From a virus (Duplodnaviria; Caudoviricetes), in IMG/VR virus record IMGVR_UViG_3300020388_000033, positions 1 to 34,775 of that record: DNA of 34,775 nucleotides, one strand, 5' to 3'. Positions 17,914 to 27,200 of this stretch are shown here, one piece after another; the stretch's first letter is position 1; every line of letters starts with the position of its first letter. Both the position numbers and the translations under genes were made by a program. A model generated the notes under the pieces. The model had not been told where the DNA came from and searched no databases. It saw nothing but the letters and a program-made list of their open reading frames with translations.

Positions 17914-18834
17914 ATGGGTTTCGGAGACACATTCGCTAAAGGGTTAGCATCATTGTATCCAGGAGAGGATGGAGACCCAAGCAGAGCGGGTATGACAATC
18001 CAGACTGGTGGTAAGATATTTGATTACTACCAAGCTACTCAACAGCAAAAACGAGATGAAGAGATTCTTCGTCGTGAACAAGCAAGAAAAAGACAGCTTA
18101 TGGCTGAACAGCTTGACATGGCAAGACGACGTGCTGGTGAAGAAACTGGAATAAGACAGGGAATAGTTAGTAGAACACAGCAACTTGAGCAAGCTCTTGC
18201 ACAAGCAAGGGCGGCTATGGGTGCGGCACCAACTGTTTCACAAGACGACATAAATCAAAACTACGAACAAATCAGTCAGACAATGAGAGACGACTACTTT
18301 GACACTATTGACAGAGTTTCTTCTCAAGGTTTCGCTGACGCAATAGCTAAAGGCATGGATAGGTCAGATAGGTTCAGGGACACGCAAAGAGAACTTGGTC
18401 AAGAAAGTGCCGAACAGCTACGAAAAATTGACCAGGAGGCTTATAATGCGGCAATTAGTAGAACTCAATCAAATCTGGACACGCTCTACAGCGGTCGTGG
18501 CAAGAGGCTTAGCGAAATTGAGGATACGCTGGGTGCTGGTATCAGTGGACTTCAGAGTGCGATGCCGACAAATGCTGGCACGTTGTATAACAATGCTAAC
18601 ACAATGCAAGACACCAGCACTAAAAGTGCTCAAACAAATCTTACTGACACTCAAGGAGTTGTTGGAACGAGCTTGGCGGGTCTTAACAAAGACGTTGCTC
18701 CGAACCTCGGATACATGCTCGGTAAAACTGACAACTACACCAACTCCAACCAGTCAAAAATCGAAAGTCTTGAACAAGAAATCAAAGACTTACAACGAAG
18801 AAACAACAGGCTCCAAGGTCCAAACCCCACCTAA
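17914..18834 (+). CDS. Putative internal virion / DNA-transfer protein (coiled coil)
   Basis: GGGGTG RBS; Q/R/E/A-rich coiled-coil heptads. Confidence 0.6.
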   Translation: MGFGDTFAKGLASLYPGEDGDPSRAGMTIQTGGKIFDYYQATQQQKRDEEILRREQARKRQLMAEQLDMARRRAGEETGIRQGIVSRTQQLEQALAQARAAMGAAPTVSQDDINQNYEQISQTMRDDYFDTIDRVSSQGFADAIAKGMDRSDRFRDTQRELGQESAEQLRKIDQEAYNAAISRTQSNLDTLYSGRGKRLSEIEDTLGAGISGLQSAMPTNAGTLYNNANTMQDTSTKSAQTNLTDTQGVVGTSLAGLNKDVAPNLGYMLGKTDNYTNSNQSKIESLEQEIKDLQRRNNRLQGPNPT

Positions 18835-18865
18835 GAAAAGGGGCAGACCTAAAAAGGTAAAGTAA
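18572..18865 (+). CDS. Candidate overprinted gene (+1 frame) ending in an AT-hook KKRGRPKK
   Basis: Open frame 18395..18865 with ATGs at 18572 and 18593. Its stop overlaps the next ATG (TAATG). The start is uncertain. Confidence 0.4.
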   Translation: MLARCITMLTQCKTPALKVLKQILLTLKELLERAWRVLTKTLLRTSDTCSVKLTTTPTPTSQKSKVLNKKSKTYNEETTGSKVQTPPKKRGRPKKVK

Positions 18866-21213
18866 TGGCAAGATTATCATCAGCATTTGACATCTCCTTC
18901 AGAAAAGAAGAAGACCGAATTGACAAAAAACGCAAAGAAAACAGAGAAGCGTTTGAAAAATTCAGGGAGATGAAAGTAAAAAATGGTGACCAAGTTACCG
19001 CACAAGACTTTCAGCAGTACCGCCAGAGCCTCGCTGGTGGCGATAACTTCATGCTCAAAAACATGGGTCCAGGCAACATGCTTGAGGACATGGCTAAGAG
19101 AACAAATGAACAGTCACTACTAACACGAACTAAAGAAGATTCTGAATTTGCCGAAGCTCGTGAGAAGACGTACAAACTTTTTGAAACTTTTGTGGGTGAT
19201 AACTTAGACCTAGACCCAACTGATTTTAACAAGGGCAAAAAGAAGTTCATGCAATTGTTTAATGATAACCCAGAGCTTGGAGAAGAAATCTGGGACCAAA
19301 ACAAAGGCAGATACACAGAAGCATTAACAACTGAAAGAACTACTGCGGCACAATCATTCGCCGACAGTTTGCTAAAAGACGTTCATACAAAAGACGAAGC
19401 ACAGAAAATTATGAGTATGAACAATGTTCCTCCTTGGAAACAATCCGCTATCTTGTCAATAATTGAACGCAAAGAAGCTACTTTAAATACAGACACCACT
19501 GCAAAAGCAAGAGAATTAGCGAATGCCTACAGTATGCCAAACGTTAGGTTCTTTAATGAAAACGAAATAGACAACGCAGTTGAGGGCATACTTCAACAAG
19601 CTAAAGTTAATTCAAGTGTGCTGGGTCAAGGTAACTATGATGCATTGAAACTTAAACTTAAAGCTACTCTACAAGCAAAAGTAAACAACGCTCAAGCCGC
19701 TGATTTAGAAACAAATAAAAAGTTACTTGAAAAAAACATTACGACAGACAAAAGGTTTTTACTGTCTGGACAAGAAGGTGCTGGATGGCACAGTCAGGAA
19801 ACACTGGACATTGTTAATAGCATTAGGAGGTCGTACTTAGGTCCAAACGTAGTAGACCTAACATTGGAAGACGATGAATTTAAAAACTACATCCATATTG
19901 CTAACATCCACAATCGAAACCAGTATGGTGAAAAACATACGAAAGAGCTAGAGAAAGCTACAAAACTGGCTGAGACAAAAGTTGAATCAATAGCTGGTGC
20001 TATAGATGCTCAAGCCGCTGGATTTGACGCAAACAGCAGTGGCTACATAGCTATCTCAACGTTAACAAGCAATGGCAATGTACTTAGACCTGGTACTGAC
20101 CCTCTTATAATCCGTGGTATAATAGAAAATCAGTTTGGTGCAGACGCTGTGAAATCAGATAATTCTGATAACCAAACAATCAGAGAGATATTAAATAAAA
20201 TAAGCGTATACTTTGTACCAAAGTCTAAACTTATGAACGAACTGATACAAAATAACATGACTGGTGTAGGCTTTAAGCCAAACTCTGACTTTGAAGCCGA
20301 ATCTAAGAATGACGTAAAGATATTCTCCGACGAAAACAATCCGTTAAGTATGGCAGTTTTCCTAAAAACAGTTCGTTCGTCGTTAACTGTTAATCAAGAC
20401 CCAGAAAGCCCAGCGTTTAAAAGGGCACTTGATAAGCTAGAAACTGAATTTAACAATGATATAGACGCAACAATAGCTTATTACAAAAAGAGTAAGGGTG
20501 CTTTTTCTTCGTTTAGTAACGACACTAACGTTGATGCACAGATTAACACACTAAAAGCCGCATTAGAAAAGTCTAGGGACGACTTGCTGGCAGACATAAG
20601 GTCTGGCAAGGTTAGGGGAACCAAGTTGCCTCCAGCATCTTATGACCTAAGAGACATAGGCAGTAACGATGCAAAGCAAGGCTACAGACGTATGAAAGTA
20701 GACTTGGTCAAAAAGGTTATGAACCAACAAACTGGTGAATACGAAGACCGACCTGTCACATATAAAGACTCAGACATCCCAGTAAAAGCTAATGATGTTG
20801 TAAGAATAGATGAAGACGGAAACATTATCAGCAGAGTACAAGACGCTAATAATACAGCTACTAACCAAAGTGGTTTACTTAGCCAAGTGATGTCAAACCC
20901 AGGTAAAGTCGGAACAGACTTATTGCAAGGTGGTTCGCAATTTGCGGCTTTCCTTCCAAGAGGAATGTCAGGTGGTATAGATACCAACACGACGAACCAG
21001 CAAATGGCAGAAACAATTAAGAACTTGTACTCCGCAATGAAGTCAAGTGGGAATCTGCCTGAATATATTAGGGGCGGACAAGGACAAGGCAGACCTGTGC
21101 AAAGTGAGTTTGAATTTGGACAGAGTATTCTTAGTGACGTTGACTACTTTGCTACTAGAAGAGGTGGCTTCCAATTTACAAACAATGGAATTTATAACTT
21201 ATTAGACAGGTAA
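18865..21213 (+). CDS. Putative internal virion protein (T7 gp15-like position)
   Basis: 782-aa helical, charged protein immediately upstream of the largest ejection protein. Confidence 0.6.
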   Translation: MARLSSAFDISFRKEEDRIDKKRKENREAFEKFREMKVKNGDQVTAQDFQQYRQSLAGGDNFMLKNMGPGNMLEDMAKRTNEQSLLTRTKEDSEFAEAREKTYKLFETFVGDNLDLDPTDFNKGKKKFMQLFNDNPELGEEIWDQNKGRYTEALTTERTTAAQSFADSLLKDVHTKDEAQKIMSMNNVPPWKQSAILSIIERKEATLNTDTTAKARELANAYSMPNVRFFNENEIDNAVEGILQQAKVNSSVLGQGNYDALKLKLKATLQAKVNNAQAADLETNKKLLEKNITTDKRFLLSGQEGAGWHSQETLDIVNSIRRSYLGPNVVDLTLEDDEFKNYIHIANIHNRNQYGEKHTKELEKATKLAETKVESIAGAIDAQAAGFDANSSGYIAISTLTSNGNVLRPGTDPLIIRGIIENQFGADAVKSDNSDNQTIREILNKISVYFVPKSKLMNELIQNNMTGVGFKPNSDFEAESKNDVKIFSDENNPLSMAVFLKTVRSSLTVNQDPESPAFKRALDKLETEFNNDIDATIAYYKKSKGAFSSFSNDTNVDAQINTLKAALEKSRDDLLADIRSGKVRGTKLPPASYDLRDIGSNDAKQGYRRMKVDLVKKVMNQQTGEYEDRPVTYKDSDIPVKANDVVRIDEDGNIISRVQDANNTATNQSGLLSQVMSNPGKVGTDLLQGGSQFAAFLPRGMSGGIDTNTTNQQMAETIKNLYSAMKSSGNLPEYIRGGQGQGRPVQSEFEFGQSILSDVDYFATRRGGFQFTNNGIYNLLDR

Positions 21214-21216
21214 TAA

Positions 21217-21247
21217 GGACGACGAAGGATATTCCAGGTTATAATAT
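21217..21247 (+). promoter_or_regulatory. Putative promoter GGACGAC-N18-TAATAT (also contains TATAAT at 21240-21245)
   Basis: Recurring motif in the 66-nt intergenic gap before the giant gene. Confidence 0.6.
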
Positions 21248-21278
21248 AGAATAATAACTTTGGAAAACTGGAGTATCC
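21227..21278 (+). promoter_or_regulatory. RBS-sequestering inverted repeat
   Basis: GGATATTCCAG (21227-21237) pairs with CTGGAGTATCC (21268-21278; one G.U), which contains the GGAG RBS. Confidence 0.6.
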
Positions 21279-21279
21279 A

Positions 21280-24200
21280 ATGGGACGTTTTTACAATCCA
21301 GGCTCAGGTCAGGGTCAAATATCAGGTGCAGAGTCATCGTACCAACAGTCAGATTATTCTGAGTCACTGAACACAGACGACGCAGAATCTCTTCTTGACG
21401 ATAATAGATTTATTCAAGACATTTACGATTACTACGGCGAAAGAGACGGAACGTCTTTTGGTGGTCAGAAAGAAGCCGTAGAACATTTCTTAAACGATAG
21501 ACGTTGGAGAAACTTTAACACTGTTGCAATTGGTAAAGACGTATACGACGCACACAACCAGTCAGCAGTACAGTCTCAACGACTAGCAAGAATACAAAAA
21601 GTTTACGACGCACTCCCTAATTTTACTGGTGGAGTTGGAAGCACATTAGCAGATGTAGCGTTACCACTACTACTCGACCCACTAAATCTTGTGGGTTTTG
21701 GTTCAGGTGGAGCCGCCGCTAGAGCGGCAGTTGCTGGTGCAAAAGGTCTTACAAAAAATCAACTACTAACAAAAGGTCTGAAAGCTGGTGCTTATGGTGG
21801 TGCTAAAGGCGAAGCAGTCGCTGGAGGTATTGCTGAAGGTATCGCCGACATTGGAATACAAAACAGAAACATTGAGATAGGACTGCAAGATGAGTTTAGC
21901 TACATGCAGTTGGCTGGCTCAACAGCATTTGGTGCGGCTACTGGCGGTGCTATGGGTGCTGGTATGGGTGCGGTTGGTGCGGTTGCCCCAGTCCGAAACC
22001 TTGGTGTAGGCAAATTAAACTTTGACGACAGTGCTATTGCTGGCGACCAAGGAGGAATGCTTAACAAAGCGGGAGGATTCCAAGCAACTAAAGAAGATAT
22101 GACTGGTGAAAATCTTCAAAAGATTGCTGATTCTATGGGAATTAGCATAGAAGAAGCACAGAAGTTAACAAGGTCATCCATTGGTCGTGGTCAAATTGAT
22201 GCGGCTATTCGAGACTCAGATTCCTTACTAGACGCTCTACGACCTCAAGCATCCGCAAGGATAGACGCTGGTGCTGGTGCAAATGGCGGTGAAGAAACTG
22301 TTCCTTGGGGAGAAAACCTAGATGACAACCAAGTCATAGACGAATTGGTTAAGGGTTATGAACAAGAAATTTCAAGTAGAGGAGAATTTCTAAACCCTAC
22401 TGAAGGACAAAGGGCAGAAGGTTTAGATGTAGTTGGTGCTTCAGAACAAAACCGAGTAAACCTAGATACAGACCCAGACATAATAAATGCTAGGAAAAAT
22501 ATTGCTCAGTTAAAGTGGGTGCAAGAGTGGCACAAATCAATCAAGCCAAATCTACTAAGAAAAAAAGAAGAATTACTTAAAGGACTGACTCCAGAAGAGT
22601 TGGCATCAAACGAGCCTCCACAATCAATCAGAGATATAGACACCCTGATTGCAGACGGAAATGAGAAGCATAGACGAATATCTAAGTTTGGCAGAGACCT
22701 TGTCCAAAAGGGTGCGGTTGACCCAAGCAGAGAACTAGATGATTACATCTCAACAGTTGTAGACGACCAGCTTCTTCTTGAGGGACCAAACACTCCTCAA
22801 CAGATAGTTAACCAAAACGCTGGTCAACAGTTGCTTCCAGACAACAGCCCAGATACTGCTAATGTAAACGCAGAAATTGGCAGAACTGTTCAAGGCGAAG
22901 GCTTTGAAACAGAGGTTGCTGGCGGAACTGTAACTCGTGACGACGGAACAAAGATAGCTGAAGGTGCGGCAGTTGAGCCAATCACCGACGAAGCTGGCAT
23001 AGCCAGTGATGGTGATGCCAGGGTTGAAGGCACACGAGCACAAAAAGAACAACGTGTCGGTGAACTCAAGCAAAGGCTTTCACGACGTAAGGGTAGCTTG
23101 GAGCACGACAAAAGATTTGCAAAGCAAGAGCTTGCAAAAGCTATCACTCCAGAAGAAATTGATGCGGCAAACAAAAAGATTGCTGACTTAGACAACGAAC
23201 GTCGTGACGCAAAAGTAGAGCTTTCAGAGCTTGAGGGTCAATTAGAAGAAACACTGGACACTGCAAACCCAGAAGTTCAGGCAAAGCTAACTGAAGCCGC
23301 AGATGAAGTGGCAAATGAAATTGACGCAGAAATAGATTTAGAAGTTGATGCAGAGCTAACAGAGTTTAGAGAGAGGTTCCTTTCAGCAGACCAAATGCTT
23401 GAAGCGGCTTTGGTAAACTTTAAAGCAACAAAAGCAAATACCAGAACTCTACTAACAACCCTTGGTTATGATGCCTCTAAAGTAAAAGAGATTCAAGCCA
23501 ACATGCCTAAAGGCAACACAACAGACGCTAGAACTGGAAGGCTTATGGTGTTGAAAAACATCATAGAGGCTCATCAAGGTCGTGAAGCCTTTAATGGTAT
23601 GCTTAGAATTGCAATGAAAGGTGGCGACACTATACCTGTTCACCTTTTAGACGACGCTATCGTAGATGCTTTGATAGTAAACACTGTTCCAGAAAGACTA
23701 CAGCCACATGCATTTCAGCATTTCCATGACTGGAAACAGTCTCAGATGGACGGCATCATTGCCACTGTCCACTTTGAGGTAGAGGGCTTATCAAACACAC
23801 AAGAATTAAAGAGTGCTGTTAGGTCTTTGTTTGGAAACACAAAACTCGTTGAGGACATTGATGCTTATATAGACAGTGGTCTTGATAGAAAGTTACAGAA
23901 CGCTAACCCAAATAAGTTTGATGGCAAAGGTTATGTCGATGAACAACTAGCAAGACTTCAAAAGCAAAACCCTAACCTAGCCAATGCTTGGAATGATTTT
24001 CAAAAGAAGACACTTGCCAACTTCCTAAAAGGCAACAAGAACATTAGCGAGGCTCGTGCAAAGCAACTGTTCGACGGCGTTGTCGAAGAGATGTGGGATA
24101 AGTTCTCAAGAACAGAGACATTCAAAAGAGTATCTAATCATGGTCAGACCTACAGCGTAAAAGGTCTAACGACGAAGACTATGAACGACGTATCAGTTGA

Positions 24201-27200
24201 TGAGACTCAAATCACAGGCGGCGACTACATGGGTCGCTCAATCAATAGGCTTGGAAACTATACTTCTGGTAATGGAAAACAAGGTTCTGGCAGAGACATA
24301 ACCAATAAAGACGTTGGTAAGATACAATCAATCTTGAGGTCTACTCGACCAGACCAAGACTACTTTGACTCTTCAACATTTGACACAGTCACAACCACAG
24401 TAGATGGCGTAAAGAGAATCTACACTGGTGGTGCGGCGGCTCGTATCCTAGACAACCAAAAGCTACTTGAGAGCAGTAAGTCTCAAGCTATGGTAAACGA
24501 CGGAATTAAAAGACAACGAAGCATTAACTTAGCTGAGAAAAGAAAAGGCACTGAGGGATACAGAACCTATCAGGACGTTATTGAAGTTGAGGGTGCGATA
24601 AAGAAAATCAAATCTGCAAAGCAGAAGATTGCAAGGCTAACAAAAGACGAAGCCAGTCTTGATGAAGAACTAGGCATAGTACCAGAAAATGACCCACGCA
24701 GAGCAAAACTTGAAACTAGGTTTGAAAAAGCGTTGGCAGATTTACAGTCTGGTCGTCAAGCTATCCAAGCAATGCTTAACGAGAAAGACGCTGTTGGTGT
24801 AAAGAATTTAAGAAACGCCGCCGCTAAAACACGTTATGTAAAGATAGAAGACCTTGATGATGCTTCTCTTCTTGAAGAAGCTAGAGAAATGCTTGTGCCT
24901 TTAACAAAATCTACAAGGCAAGAAGTAAACGCAAACGTTGTAGAAGAAAGACGCACAAGTGTAATGAGTCAGATGGCTGACTTAAAAGCAGAGCGTATTC
25001 CATTACTGAAAGAAAAAGGCAAATTAGTAAACGCTGGTGGACCACCTTCTCAAAACTTACTTGATATCACTCTACGTCTTAACGCCATAAGAGCAGAGCT
25101 AGTTAAGTTAGAGAAGAAACTTACTCCAGCAGAATTAAAAAGAATACAAAATGACGACTACACTGTTGCAAGAAACACTCTTGCCAATATCAAACGTGAA
25201 GCCCGTATTGCAAATCAGAAAGACAACAAGCCTTTAGAGCTTAACGACGAAGAGTTACTTGATGCAGTAGAAGAGACTACTGGGCAACGACCAAAGATGG
25301 ATGACGTTGCACAGATAGAAGAGCAGATAATGAATATGGGTCTTTCTGAAAATCAGATGAACTCTCAACTTGCATCACTAAAACAATTTGTTATGGACAA
25401 CAATGTTACTGAGGCTGATGCGAAAGCCGCCGCTAAAGAGATTGTTCAGAACACTAACAGAACTCCGTCAAAGCCAACGACTAAGCCTTCAGGTGTTAAG
25501 AGAAATCCAACAATTGTTCAGATAGGTGAAAAAGCATACGACCTTTCAAATGACATACAGTGGAAGTCTATAGGAAAAAACAAGGCTGAAGTAAACATCA
25601 ATGGCAAAAAGCTAGGAACTGTTGAGCACAACGGAGCCACTGATAGCTTCAGTGCGACTATAATAAAGCAAGATGGAAGTCTAATCACAACGGCTGTAGC
25701 TAAGTCTAAAAAGGATATGAACTTAGCAATAGCACAAATGTTTAGAAAAGAACTGGACGAAATTGTAGAAACAAAAGACATCCCACTGGAAGGCGTAGTG
25801 GCAGATGGTCCAATGAATGTAACCGACTGGCATCAAACAAATAGATACAGAGGCAAAAAAGACTCGCCTAAAGTTACAGATACCGAAGACTACATCGCTG
25901 ATGCAAGTCCAGAGAACATGTCACAACAAGACCCAGCAATGGATATTGTTCCATCTGAATTTGATTTGCCAGAAGAGCAGATGTTAACAATTCAAATCAT
26001 AGACCCAAAGCATCCAAAGTATGGAGAGACTCGCAACTTCTATCAAGGCGACGACCAAACTGTGGGTCAAGTAGCTGGTACATTAAAGCCAGAGCAATAT
26101 GTAGTTGGTCAGTCTTTACGAATAAATCCAAAGACAGGTCAGATAAACAAAAACAGCAACATGCTTTCTAAGAAGACGTTCAGACCTCTGAACTCTGAAG
26201 ACATGTTTGTAAATGTATCAGGCACAATGCTAAAGGGAAAAGACGTAGGAGTTGTAACTGATGCTGGAAACTCTTTGGGATTAAGCCCAAGAGCCAGAGT
26301 CAACAAGCCTCTTAACGTAGCAGAGTTAGACAACATGCCTCTAACTCAAGAAAGCCTTTCTCCAAAAATGAAGGCAAAGCGTATTCAAAATGGAGATATT
26401 AGAACTGTTGGAGACCTAAGACGTTTTGCTGACGAAATGGAAAACATAGAGTGGAGCCAGCTAAAAACTGTGGCTCACTTTGATTTCGTTGTAAGCAATC
26501 TTGAAGGAGCTTACGAGACTCTTAACAAACTTGCTCCTAGTGGCATCAAGCTACCTAATGAGACAAGGGTAAAAAGCTACAACAACCTAAAGAAGATAAT
26601 AACAAGTAGGTCTGAAGCTGATGTTGCTCAGATGCTTTCGTTGTTCAATAACATAGCTGGTTCTCAAAACAGACTGCAAGCTCCTACAGATAGTATGATG
26701 CCTAAGTTTGAGAAGTTTAAGAAGTATGCTTTTCATCGAAACACTGGCGATGCTCAATCTAACACTGTGTTTATGAAGGCTGATGCTACTGGACCAAACG
26801 ATATTCCAGATGCCGTGTTCTTTACACATGAGATGGGACACTGGGCATACGCAAACATGCTCACAGATGCAGAGAAGCTACAGTTCTGGGGAGTAGCAAG
26901 AAAGTACATGACACAAAATGATGGCATGGACACTGGAATGCTAAAGAAAAAACTACCTGGATTTATGAGCAACGAAATAGAAAGTCCAGCAGAGTTCTTT
27001 GCTAATCAGTTTACAATATACGCAATGAACAGAACTCCAGGTGCGACTCAATCGTTGTTTGAAAAGGTAGCTGGGAAAATCAAGCAGTTGATAGGCAAAG
27101 TCCTTAAAATGGAAGAGCCTCTTGACCCTGATTTGATTCCTCTGTTTGAAAAAATTATGCCTGACCCACAAAAAGCAACTGGCACAGTCACTGAAGGCAG

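Noticed and set aside
1824-20583. Additional GGACGAC copies at 1824, 10934 and 20577
   Set aside because: They are intragenic, explained by coding (Asp-Asp or Gly-Arg-Arg), and lack a TAAnAT box at 18-20 nt.
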